A stretch of 52,069 nucleotides of DNA from Gammaproteobacteria bacterium. Lineage in GTDB: Bacteria > Pseudomonadota > Gammaproteobacteria > Steroidobacterales > SZUA-146. The notes under the pieces are model-generated. The model worked only from the letters and a program-made list of their open reading frames with translations. It ran no database searches and was not told the origin of the DNA. The stretch is taken from contig JABDLQ010000165.1 of assembly GCA_013002925.1 (NCBI GenBank), forward strand, positions 1 to 52,069, in the 5' to 3' direction. Positions 30,160-39,194 of this stretch are shown here, in pieces (within the stretch, counting starts at the first letter, position 1; every line of letters starts with the position of its first letter). A program made the translations under genes and the position numbers.

Positions 30160-30194
30160 TTCTCCACAGAGTTATCCACAGAAAATGTGGATAA
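30160..30194. promoter_or_regulatory. Cluster of three DnaA boxes (two direct, one inverted)
   Basis: TTcTCCACA at 30160-30168 has one mismatch. TTATCCACA at 30172-30180 is a perfect consensus. TGTGGATAA at 30186-30194 is a perfect consensus on the opposite strand. Spacers are 3 and 5 bp. Confidence 0.7.
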
Positions 30195-30420
30195 AGATAA
30201 AAGCTGTTAGAAACCCGATACCTGGAAATTGCAAGCTGTGATTTTTTCCAGTAGTCCGGCTGGTGCCACGCGACGCAACCCTGGCGTTTCGGCCAGAATC
30301 TCAATTCTTCATCTTGTAATGCGCTGGTTTTCGCGCTAACCTGCGCCGCTCGTTTTTTCAGGCGTGAAATCGCAGGTGGTGTGTCCACCAGCGACCCGTC
30401 AAAAGTAATGTGGTGGTGAA

Positions 30421-30621
30421 ATGAAAGCGGAAATACATCCAGAGTACAACGATCTTCAGGTGACCTGCAGCTGTGGCGAGACTTTTGCCACACGCTCAAC
30501 TCTGAAAGGCGATCTGCATGTGGAAGTGTGTTCCAAATGTCACCCGTTTTACACCGGCAAGCAAAAAATGGTGGACACTGGCGGTCGTGTCGACAAGTTT
30601 CGCCGTAAATACGGTAAATAA
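30421..30621 (+). CDS. rpmE: 50S ribosomal protein L31 (zinc-binding type)
   Basis: 66-aa [23 protein letters not shown]...[13 protein letters not shown] carrying both Cys pairs of the Zn-ribbon form. Confidence 0.96.
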   Translation: MKAEIHPEYNDLQVTCSCGETFATRSTLKGDLHVEVCSKCHPFYTGKQKMVDTGGRVDKFRRKYGK

Positions 30622-30683
30622 GGCTGCCGATACGCGGCACGCTGGTTCAGTAATCCTGCAGTACCCAACTGCAAAAATGTGGG

Positions 30684-31322
30684 CTACGCGAAAAACCTGT
30701 CGACCAGTGACTCCGACTGCTTCACATCCAGCAGCTCCTCAACACCTTTCACTCCCATGCGTTGCATCGGTTTGCCGTTGACCGGACTCAATGGTGGCTG
30801 TCGTTCGCCATTCAGCGGAAACACGACCGCTTCAATATCGCAATCGGCATACTCAAAGCAGAACACGGGTGTACCCTGATAATGATCAGCCCGATACCGC
30901 ACACGTCGCTCCGTGAGGCGGTAATCGATCTGCTGGTCGATAAGCTGTAGCGCCACAGATTCGGAACTATCACTGAACAGATGCAGCTCCACCGCAGACA
31001 CGGTGGTAATCGCGCCGCTTAATACCGAACCGACAAGCCGGGGACTAAACTTGTGCAAAAACTGCATGGCCGCCAGGGCAACTGTGCGCAAACTGGTGAG
31101 CGTCTGCGCGGACTCGCCAGCCATGAACAGACGGCGATGCTCAAGCAGCGCCAGTTCCACTTCGGAATTGGCCGGCAAGGCCGCACGATCGCTGAGCCCG
31201 AGTCGCTCCGCCGCTTTTTTCTTGGCCGACAGATAATCGTCAATGCCTTGTTCTGCCATGAGCCGGGCCGCCTCAATGGCCACCCGTTGACGAAGATTTC
31301 CCGTTTCCGGAGCGCGTGCCAT
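30684..31322 (-). CDS. Conserved hypothetical protein
   Basis: 212-aa ORF with coding-like composition between rpmE and ponA. It has an N-terminal helical region and a C-terminal region with a weak minimal-nucleotidyltransferase-like GS...hydrophobic pattern (LVGSVLSG). I could not assign a confident family. Confidence 0.5.
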   Translation of the reverse strand: MARAPETGNLRQRVAIEAARLMAEQGIDDYLSAKKKAAERLGLSDRAALPANSEVELALLEHRRLFMAGESAQTLTSLRTVALAAMQFLHKFSPRLVGSVLSGAITTVSAVELHLFSDSSESVALQLIDQQIDYRLTERRVRYRADHYQGTPVFCFEYADCDIEAVVFPLNGERQPPLSPVNGKPMQRMGVKGVEELLDVKQSESLVDRFFA

Positions 31323-31388
31323 ATCTGAATTCCTGATGAGTATAAATATTTGTAAAGAGGTTGGAGATGCTCAGAGGTCTGCCGTCTG

Positions 31389-33875
31389 TTAAAACAACTC
31401 CTCGTCCTTCTCAACGGTTTTTTCGGCGGCCGCCGGATCTGCAAACGGATCGATAAAATAGTGCTCATCGTCGATCTCGGGTTTTGGCACCATGCCGATT
31501 CGAAACGTCTCAAAAATGGCATCTGCACGGCCTGCGGACGACAACAAACCGGAATCCGGGGAAATCAGCACCGTCACCAGTCCGTCCGGTTCAGGGATGA
31601 TACTTTCCGGTACGCCATCAAGAGCGTTCTCCATAAAATACACCCACACCGGCAGCGCTGCCGTACCCCCCACTTCGCCCCTGCCAAGAGGTCGCTCCTG
31701 GTCAAACCCTATCCACGAAATCGCGACCAGGGATGAATTGAATCCGCTGAACCAGGCATCACGATTGTCGTTGGTCGTACCGGTTTTTCCGGCCAGATCG
31801 CGGCGCCCCAGCCGGTTCGCCCTGACACCCGTACCGCGTCTGATGACATCACGCATCATGCTGGTGATCAGATGTGCGTTTTGCGCTGACACGGCACGCT
31901 CCGCGTGACCGACGTTCAGATAACTGGCGATGATGCGCTCACACCCTGCATCCTCCCCGTCAAAAACGGCAGTGGACGACTCCTGCAGCGTCGTTTCGGA
32001 AATGGTGGTTTGCGGGTCGACGCAATCATGGCACGCCAGCGCGGGTGCCGAGCGATACAATTCGGTACCCTGCGCATCATAAATGCGGTCGATAAAATAA
32101 GGATTGACGTCAAAGCCACCATTGGCGAATGTCGCGTACGCTTCGGCGAGTTCCAGCGGGGTCACAGCCGCACTACCCAATGCGAGCGACAGGTCACGAG
32201 GTAAATCTTCCCTGTCAAAACCGAATTTCACCAGATGCTCGATGGTGGGCCGGATTCCGACCCGGTCAAGCACCCGAATCGAGACGAGATTGCGGGATTT
32301 GATCAGTGCTTCGCGCAGCCGTGTGTCACCAAAGACCCGCCCCGAATAGTTCTTCGGGCGCCACACATCCTCTAATGCTGCGTCGGCAAATACTACGGGG
32401 GCATCATTGATGATTGTCGCTGGTGTCAACCCCAGTTCCAGCGCTGCCGAGTAAACAAACGGCTTGAACGACGAGCCCGGCTGGCGACGTGCCTGGAGCA
32501 CACGATTGAACTTGTTCTGATTAAAGTCCAGGCCACCCACAAGGCTGCTGATGGCACCATCCAGTGGGTCCAGGGCAACCATTGCACCCTGTACTACCGG
32601 CATCTGAGACAGCTGCACCTGCCCCTGATCATCGCGGGTCAGGTAGACCAGGTTGCCGGTATCAAGTACCTCTGAAACAGTCTGCACCTCGTCACCGACC
32701 GTCTCCTGGTCCAGAAAACGGCGTGCCCATGCCACTGCGGCGAGGTCGAGCGACCACTGCTCATCTGCCGCTGTCAATAAGGTTGCCGTGTTGTCGTCGA
32801 CACTCAACACCACCGCGGGAGTCAGGCCGATGCGTACCGGATACGATGACAGTTTGACGAGCAGGTCTTCACGTGTGAGGTAATCTTCCAGCGTCAGGGA
32901 TTCCAGCGCACCCCGGAAGCCATGACGCCTGTCGTATTCAAACAGACCGCGGCGCACAGCGCTCTGTGCGGCACGCTGCAGACGGCTATCGATGGTCGTA
33001 ATGACTTCAAGCCCTTGATTCAGTGCATCACGCCCAAATTGCCGTTCCACTTCGACCCGCACCATTTCTGCGACATAGGGAGCGCTAACCTCAATTTCTG
33101 TGCCATGGACGGTCGTCTCGATCGGTTCAGTGAGCGCTTCATCATATTCGGCCCGCGAGATCGCACCGGTTTCAAACATTCGCCTCAACACGTACTGGCG
33201 TCGCCCCATCGCACGCTCGGGGCTGCGTACCGGGTTATCCACCGAGGGCCGCTGCGGCAGTCCGGCGAGCGTCGCCATTTGCCCGAGGCTCAGCTCATGC
33301 AGGCGCTTTCCATAGTAGACCTGCGCGGCCGCACCCACCCCATAGGCGCGCTGACCCAAAAAGATCTTGTTCAGGTAAAGCGTCAGTATTTCCTGCTTGT
33401 CAAATTCGCGCTCCATCTTGAGCGCCAGGAAAATTTCCTGAATTTTGCGCGAAAATGACTGATCCGGGGTCAAAAAGAATGCACGGGCAGCCTGCATCGT
33501 TATGGTGGACCCGCCACCGTGAATTCTGCCGTGTTTTATGAGGTTGAAACCGGCCCGCAGTAGTCCCTGGTAATCAACACCGGGATGTTCAAAAAACCGA
33601 TCATCCTCGGATGAAATATAGGCCTGAATCAGGCGCTCCGGGAGCTCTTCCCACGTGACCGGCAAGCGGCGTTTATCCCCAAATTGCGCCACCAGACGCC
33701 CATCGCGAGTATAAATTCGCAGCGGCACCTGCAGCCGGACGTCCTTCAGGGTATCCACCGGTGGTAGCACCGGTGCGTAATAGAAATATGCGACCACCGT
33801 GCCCAGGGCTGCGGTGGCAGCCCCGAGCAGACCAAGGCTGGTAAAAAACACGAGAAATCTGGCAAAAATGCGCAT
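31389..33875 (-). CDS. ponA: Penicillin-binding protein 1A (bifunctional transglycosylase/transpeptidase)
   Basis: 828-aa ORF with an N-terminal TM anchor and the GT51 motif (SSEDDRFFEHPGVD, GGSTITMQ). Transpeptidase motifs SSFKP, SRN and KTGTT are present. It is divergent from pilM as in Pseudomonas. Confidence 0.93.
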   Translation of the reverse strand: MRIFARFLVFFTSLGLLGAATAALGTVVAYFYYAPVLPPVDTLKDVRLQVPLRIYTRDGRLVAQFGDKRRLPVTWEELPERLIQAYISSEDDRFFEHPGVDYQGLLRAGFNLIKHGRIHGGGSTITMQAARAFFLTPDQSFSRKIQEIFLALKMEREFDKQEILTLYLNKIFLGQRAYGVGAAAQVYYGKRLHELSLGQMATLAGLPQRPSVDNPVRSPERAMGRRQYVLRRMFETGAISRAEYDEALTEPIETTVHGTEIEVSAPYVAEMVRVEVERQFGRDALNQGLEVITTIDSRLQRAAQSAVRRGLFEYDRRHGFRGALESLTLEDYLTREDLLVKLSSYPVRIGLTPAVVLSVDDNTATLLTAADEQWSLDLAAVAWARRFLDQETVGDEVQTVSEVLDTGNLVYLTRDDQGQVQLSQMPVVQGAMVALDPLDGAISSLVGGLDFNQNKFNRVLQARRQPGSSFKPFVYSAALELGLTPATIINDAPVVFADAALEDVWRPKNYSGRVFGDTRLREALIKSRNLVSIRVLDRVGIRPTIEHLVKFGFDREDLPRDLSLALGSAAVTPLELAEAYATFANGGFDVNPYFIDRIYDAQGTELYRSAPALACHDCVDPQTTISETTLQESSTAVFDGEDAGCERIIASYLNVGHAERAVSAQNAHLITSMMRDVIRRGTGVRANRLGRRDLAGKTGTTNDNRDAWFSGFNSSLVAISWIGFDQERPLGRGEVGGTAALPVWVYFMENALDGVPESIIPEPDGLVTVLISPDSGLLSSAGRADAIFETFRIGMVPKPEIDDEHYFIDPFADPAAAEKTVEKDEELF

Positions 33876-34173
33876 GCAATATCGGACCGGGAAACAAGAG
33901 TTGGATTATATAGACTCAGGATTGTGAAAAAAATCACGCTATTGAATAAAAATTATTGGTATAAATTTACCCCTGCCTGGAAATTTGTTATGTGAAATAG
34001 GGTACATCGGCAGTTTGTTCGTTGTCCCCGGGGACCAATGCTTCACCAAATAGGTGAATATGTGCTTTCCGTCACATTACACTTCCATTATTTATTGTTA
34101 TATAGTTGACTCGGCTTATTGAGAAGATAGACCATCTTTTCGCCGCAAGTTACGGACTCTGAAAGGAAAAAAC

Positions 34174-35235
34174 GTGCTGTTTAGAACCGCACAACGGCCA
34201 TTACTCGGACTTGACATAACCACCTCATCGGTAAAGCTCATTGAGCTTGGCCGATCAGGTGATACTTATCGCGTGGAATCGTACGCCGCGGAGCCGACAC
34301 CTGTTAACTCGATCAATGAGAAAGCCATTATCGACGTTGAAGCTGTTGGTGAAGCCGTCCGCCGCGCTGTCAAGCGTTCCGGGGCCCGCAGTCGCCTCGC
34401 CGCCGTTGCCATCAGTGGTGATGCGGCAATTACCAAAGTCATTCAAATGCCCAGGACTCTGAAAGAAACCGAACTCGAAGGGCAGGTTGAATTACAGGCA
34501 GACCAATACATCCCGTTTCCGATGGAAGAAGTCAGCTTTGACTTCGAAGTAATCGGCCCCTCGGATAAAGACCAGGAAATGCAGGATGTACTGCTGGTTG
34601 CCACCCGGACCGAAAACGTCGAACAACGGCAAGCCGCTGTAGAGGCAGCCGGTCTCGGCGCAAAGGTTGTCGACGTAGAGCCCTTCGCGCTGGAGAACGC
34701 CTGCCGGCTGCTAACCCACCAGATGCCCGATAACGGTAGTAATCATTCTGTCGCCGTCGTTGATTTTGGGGCCAGCAGCACGACGTTTAGCGTGTTACGT
34801 GATCTGAAAGTGATCTACACGCGCGATTTCGCTTTCGGGGGTCAGCAACTGACAGAAGAAATCATGCGCACCTATGGACTAAGCCTTGAAGAAGCCGGTC
34901 GCGCCAAGAAGGAAGGCGGCCTGCCCAGTAATTATCAGCCTGAAGTGCTGGATGCTTTCATTGATGATATGACTCAACAAGTCAGTCGTTCATTGCAATT
35001 TTTCCTGGCATCCGGTGGCGGCCGCGAACAACCGGAGCACATCATAGTGTGCGGAGGCTGCGCCAACATTGCCGGTGTCTCTGATTTGATTGCCAGCCGC
35101 GTAGGCATACCTACGGTCAAAGGCGACCCACTGGGCCAGATGAAAATTTCCTCCAAAGCCAAGGCGCAGGGCGTGCACAAAGATGCCACTGCCCTGCTAA
35201 CCGCTTGTGGACTTGCACTGCGGAGTTTTGACTAA
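34174..35235 (+). CDS. pilM: Type IV pilus assembly protein PilM
   Basis: 353-aa actin-like ATPase-fold ORF with a GTG start (LLGLDITTSSVKLIEL). It is first in the pilMNOPQ order. Confidence 0.92.
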   Translation: MLFRTAQRPLLGLDITTSSVKLIELGRSGDTYRVESYAAEPTPVNSINEKAIIDVEAVGEAVRRAVKRSGARSRLAAVAISGDAAITKVIQMPRTLKETELEGQVELQADQYIPFPMEEVSFDFEVIGPSDKDQEMQDVLLVATRTENVEQRQAAVEAAGLGAKVVDVEPFALENACRLLTHQMPDNGSNHSVAVVDFGASSTTFSVLRDLKVIYTRDFAFGGQQLTEEIMRTYGLSLEEAGRAKKEGGLPSNYQPEVLDAFIDDMTQQVSRSLQFFLASGGGREQPEHIIVCGGCANIAGVSDLIASRVGIPTVKGDPLGQMKISSKAKAQGVHKDATALLTACGLALRSFD

Positions 35236-35801
35236 TGCCTCGCATTAACCTGTTACCCTGGCGCGAAGAACTGCGCAAAATCCGCCAAAAGAATTTTGGC
35301 ATCGCTGCGGTCGGAGCGGTTCTGGCCGCTGCAGCCATATTGCTCGGGGCGCTCGCGTTTTATACGGCAAAGATCGACTATCAGAATGCCCGCAATGCGT
35401 ACCTCGACCGCGAAATCCAGGTTCTCAATGATCAGATCAAGGAGATCGACGAACTGGAGACCGTCAAGGAGCGGCTGATTGCGCGCATGGAAATTATTGA
35501 AGATCTGCAAACCAAGCGCCCCGAAGTCGTGCATCTTTTTGATGAACTGGTGAAGGCAATCCCCGATGGCGTGCATTTACTGTCCGTCAAACAAACCGGC
35601 ACCCGAATTACCATTAGTGGCATTGCCCAATCGAGCTCACGGGTGTCGGCGTTTATGCGCAATATCGACAGCTCACCGTGGCTCACTAATCCTGACCTGA
35701 ATGTCGTTACCACAGCGGATAGCGGCAGCAGCGGCCGTACCAGCTCGTTTACCATCGTGGCGACACAGACCTCTCCTGGCAGCACGGAGGAAAGCTCGTG
35801 A
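35235..35801 (+). CDS. pilN: Type IV pilus assembly protein PilN
   Basis: The N-terminal MPRINLLPWREE motif is the conserved PilM-binding INLLP peptide. It is followed by a TM helix and a coiled coil. The start overlaps the pilM stop (TAATG). Confidence 0.92.
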   Translation: MPRINLLPWREELRKIRQKNFGIAAVGAVLAAAAILLGALAFYTAKIDYQNARNAYLDREIQVLNDQIKEIDELETVKERLIARMEIIEDLQTKRPEVVHLFDELVKAIPDGVHLLSVKQTGTRITISGIAQSSSRVSAFMRNIDSSPWLTNPDLNVVTTADSGSSGRTSSFTIVATQTSPGSTEESS

Positions 35802-36403
35802 GTTTTATGGACGATCTGAACGCGCTGGAGTTCAACGACATCGGTCGCTGGCCGATGGCGTTTCGTGCTGGCCTCATCGCGATAATTTTTTTCGCCTGCC
35901 TGATCGGTGGCTACTGGCATTTCGTGATTACCAAGAAAGTGCCGGAGCTGGAGGCCGCTGTTGCGCTTGAGGAAACCAAGCGCCAGGAATTTGCTGCCAA
36001 GCAACGCAAGGCAGCAAATCTCGAAGCCTATAAGCGTCAGCTGGCCGATATGGAAACCAACTTTGGCGCGATGTTGCGCCAACTGCCTGGCAAAACGGAA
36101 ATCCCCAGTTTGCTTGTCGATATTTCACAAACCGGTCTGGCCAGCGGCCTCGACGAGGAACTGTTTCAGCCGGGTGTTGAAACTCGGCGGGAAGTGTTTG
36201 CCGAGAAACCGATCACTATTCGTTTGTCCGGTGGCTATCATGAACTGGCTGAATTTGTCAGTGGCATTGCCGCGCTGCCGCGTATCGTGGTGCTAAATGA
36301 TGTCTCCATTGTTGCCGGTAAATCGCCCGCCGATGATCTGACAATGAGCGTGACCGCCAAGACCTTTCGCTATCTGGATGACGATGAGGGGGCGGGCGAA
36401 TGA
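35798..36403 (+). CDS. pilO: Type IV pilus assembly protein PilO
   Basis: 201-aa ORF with one TM helix, a coiled coil and a PilO C-terminal domain. The GTG start overlaps the pilN stop. An ATG alternative lies at 35807. Confidence 0.88.
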   Translation: MSFMDDLNALEFNDIGRWPMAFRAGLIAIIFFACLIGGYWHFVITKKVPELEAAVALEETKRQEFAAKQRKAANLEAYKRQLADMETNFGAMLRQLPGKTEIPSLLVDISQTGLASGLDEELFQPGVETRREVFAEKPITIRLSGGYHELAEFVSGIAALPRIVVLNDVSIVAGKSPADDLTMSVTAKTFRYLDDDEGAGE

Positions 36404-36942
36404 ATTCGATAAACGAGTTGACCGCCGGCTTCAGACATCGCCTTGCAGCCTTACCACTGGTCTGTGCACTCGCGCTGCTGGGTGGTTGCGGTGGCGATAT
36501 GGGCGATCTCGAACAATGGGTGGCAGACAAAAAAGCGGAACGCGTGCCGTTCCGGGATGACTTGCCGGAGATAAATCCCTACGAAGTATTTACCTACTCT
36601 TCACAGGGAAAACGCTCGCCGTTTCAACCCGCTGTGCAGCAACGGGCAGCGCGTCCGACGTCAGGCCCGGCACCTGATCGTAATCGTAATCGTGAAATTC
36701 TCGAAGAATTTCCGTTGGATTCATTACGTATGGTCGGTTCATTGACACGACAAAACGTCGATTCTGCATTGGTACAAACACCTGATGGGCTGATTCATCA
36801 GGTGACACCTGGCGATTACATGGGCCAAAACGACGGTCGCATTACCGCGATCACCGAATCTTCAATTGAAATTAAAGAACTCGTTCCTGACGGACTGGGC
36901 GGATACATCGAACGTGCCGCCGCCGTTGGTTTGAGTGAATGA
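36400..36942 (+). CDS. pilP: Type IV pilus assembly lipoprotein PilP
   Basis: 180-aa ORF with a lipobox (LLGGC) and a PilP beta-domain. It shows ATGA overlap with both pilO and pilQ. Confidence 0.88.
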   Translation: MNSINELTAGFRHRLAALPLVCALALLGGCGGDMGDLEQWVADKKAERVPFRDDLPEINPYEVFTYSSQGKRSPFQPAVQQRAARPTSGPAPDRNRNREILEEFPLDSLRMVGSLTRQNVDSALVQTPDGLIHQVTPGDYMGQNDGRITAITESSIEIKELVPDGLGGYIERAAAVGLSE

Positions 36943-39167
36943 CGCCTCCTGGAGTATCTAGAATGTCTCGTACATATACACAACAGCAGTTTTGGGGAAT
37001 CTCAAGCGGAGGCTTTATACACAAGCTATGGCGCTGTCTCGCCATCGTCGCGCTGTACGGGGGTGTCGCCGCCGCAGCGAATGCCCAGAATATCACCTCA
37101 TCCAATGCGTTGGTCGATATCGAAGTTGTTCCATTGGCCGGACAGCAGATCCAGCTGCAGCTGAGAACCAGCGGAACCGCGCCGGAACCTTTGAGTTTTA
37201 CGATTGAAAATCCTGCGCGCATTTCGCTGGATTTGCCCAACACCAGTCTGGCACTGCCGAGCCGGCGCACTGACGTTGATCTCGGGGCACTACGTACGAT
37301 TCTGGCCGCAGAAGGAAATGGACGGACACGTGTGGTGCTGAACCTGGATGAGATGGTTTCTTATGAAACGCGTGTCCAGGGCGACAGTATTTTTGTGACA
37401 CTCGGCGCATCCAGCACCAGTGCAAGTGCATCAACCAGCCCGTTTTCAGGGACGACCGCCGCCCCTCCCGTCAGTTACGATACCGGCTTCAAGGCCATTG
37501 ATAATATCGATTTTCGCCGCGGTGCCGATGGCGCCGGACGGGTTGTCGTCACGATGAGCGATCCCGCAACAGTTGTTGATATCAAGGAAGAGGGTAATAG
37601 CGTCATTGTCGAGTTTGCGGATACTGCGTTGCCCGGTGGTCTGCAGCGCCGTTATGACGTAATGGATTTTGCGACCCCGGTAGCCACGGTAGATGCAAGT
37701 CAACGCGGCGGCAATGCCCGGGTGGTGATCGGCTCAAGCGTGCCCTTTGAGCAAGTTGCCTATCAGTCCGACAATCTGCTCACGGTGGAACTGCGACCTT
37801 ACACCCCATCTGCGCAGGAACAGCTTGAAGAGAAGCAAACCAAGGAATACACCGGCGAACGTCTGACACTGAATTTTCAGGACATTGAAACACGGGCCGT
37901 GCTGCAGCTGCTGGCGGATGTCAGCGGCCAGAATATCGTGGTCAGTGATACCGTTCAGGGCAACGTTACCTTGCGACTGCAATCAGTGCCCTGGGATCAG
38001 GCGCTGGATATCGTCCTGCAAACCAAAGGGTTGGATATGCGTCAAAATGACAACGTCATCATAGTCGCACCCTCTGAGGAAATTGCCGCTCGTGAGCGCC
38101 AGGAGCTGGAGGCGCTTGCCCAGTTCGAAGAACTGGCACCGCTACGCTCAGAGTTTATCCAGGTCAACTATGCAAAGGCTTCTGACCTGGCCGCGCTGGT
38201 AGGCAGTGCCGGCGGTACTGACACCTCGCTGCTTTCCGAACGCGGCTCGATCTCGATCGATGAACGCACCAACACCCTGCTGGTTCAGGATACCGCTGAA
38301 AAACTGACCGACATACGCCGCCTGGTGCAGCGTCTTGATGTGCCGGTCAGACAGGTGCTGATTGAATCCCGTATCGTTGTCGTCAACGACGATTTTCGAC
38401 GGGCACTGGGTGTAAGGGCCGGCTACACGCATGTTACAGATAATTCCAGCGATGGCCTGATGTCGGTCTCCGGCAGCGCAGATGCCAACAACACAACAGT
38501 CAATAGTGGGCTGAATAACCTGAATGCCGGTAATCCGGTGTTCCCGGTAGCCGTAGGTACTCTCGCCGATCGCCTGGCCGTTAATTTACCGGTTACCAGT
38601 CCAGCAGGTCGGTTGGCCTTGTCGATCCTCGATTCAGATTACCTGGTCGACCTTGAGTTGTCCGCATTGCAGGCTGAAGGCCGCGGGGAGATTATCTCCA
38701 CCCCGCGCGTTATTACCGCCAATCAAAAAGAAGCACGTATTGAGCAAGGTGTTGAAATCCCGTTCCAGGAAGCATCATCAAGCGGAGCAACTACCACACA
38801 ATTCAAAAAAGCAGTGCTTAGCCTGACAGTAACACCGCTCATCACACCGGATGACCGGATCATCATGGACCTGATCGTCAGTCAGGACTCTGTGGGAGAA
38901 AGTGTGCCCAGCGCCACGGGTGGCTTTGTACCCAGCATCGATACCCGGGAAGTCGTAACGCAGGTGCTGGTAAGTAATGGTGAAACGGTAGTGCTCGGGG
39001 GAATTTATGAAACGGAACGGCGTGAAGTCGACAGCAAAGTGCCCATGTTGGGTGATTTACCCGTGCTTGGGCATCTGTTCCGCACGACGGAACGGACATC
39101 GAACAAGTCGGAGTTGCTGATTTTCGTAACCCCAAAAATTCTTAAAGAAGGTGCAAACCTGAACTAA
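36939..39167 (+). CDS. pilQ: Type IV pilus secretin PilQ
   Basis: 742-aa ORF with a signal peptide, two AMIN-like domains, N0/N1 domains and a C-terminal secretin domain (GGIYE...VPMLGDLPVLGHLFR...ELLIFVTPKIL). An alternative start lies at 36963. Confidence 0.94.
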   Translation: MTPPGVSRMSRTYTQQQFWGISSGGFIHKLWRCLAIVALYGGVAAAANAQNITSSNALVDIEVVPLAGQQIQLQLRTSGTAPEPLSFTIENPARISLDLPNTSLALPSRRTDVDLGALRTILAAEGNGRTRVVLNLDEMVSYETRVQGDSIFVTLGASSTSASASTSPFSGTTAAPPVSYDTGFKAIDNIDFRRGADGAGRVVVTMSDPATVVDIKEEGNSVIVEFADTALPGGLQRRYDVMDFATPVATVDASQRGGNARVVIGSSVPFEQVAYQSDNLLTVELRPYTPSAQEQLEEKQTKEYTGERLTLNFQDIETRAVLQLLADVSGQNIVVSDTVQGNVTLRLQSVPWDQALDIVLQTKGLDMRQNDNVIIVAPSEEIAARERQELEALAQFEELAPLRSEFIQVNYAKASDLAALVGSAGGTDTSLLSERGSISIDERTNTLLVQDTAEKLTDIRRLVQRLDVPVRQVLIESRIVVVNDDFRRALGVRAGYTHVTDNSSDGLMSVSGSADANNTTVNSGLNNLNAGNPVFPVAVGTLADRLAVNLPVTSPAGRLALSILDSDYLVDLELSALQAEGRGEIISTPRVITANQKEARIEQGVEIPFQEASSSGATTTQFKKAVLSLTVTPLITPDDRIIMDLIVSQDSVGESVPSATGGFVPSIDTREVVTQVLVSNGETVVLGGIYETERREVDSKVPMLGDLPVLGHLFRTTERTSNKSELLIFVTPKILKEGANLN

Positions 39168-39194
39168 TCGCTGTCAGGTTGCAGAGGAAGTAGC

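Noticed and set aside
29912-30420. Interpreting the DnaA-box and AT-rich region as the chromosomal origin oriC.
   Set aside because: I found only about four boxes at one mismatch or fewer and no clear set of 13-mer DUE repeats. None of the usual origin neighbours (dnaA, dnaN, rpmH, gidA, mioC) is present. Gene orientation does not cleanly diverge from this point. The region is kept as a DARS/datA-like candidate; genome-wide GC skew would settle the question.
30155-30640. 161-aa minus-strand ORF spanning the DnaA-box region and all of rpmE.
   Set aside because: It is antisense to an unmistakable L31 gene. It is Cys/Arg/Trp-rich with no recognisable family. The intergenic part is better explained as regulatory DNA.
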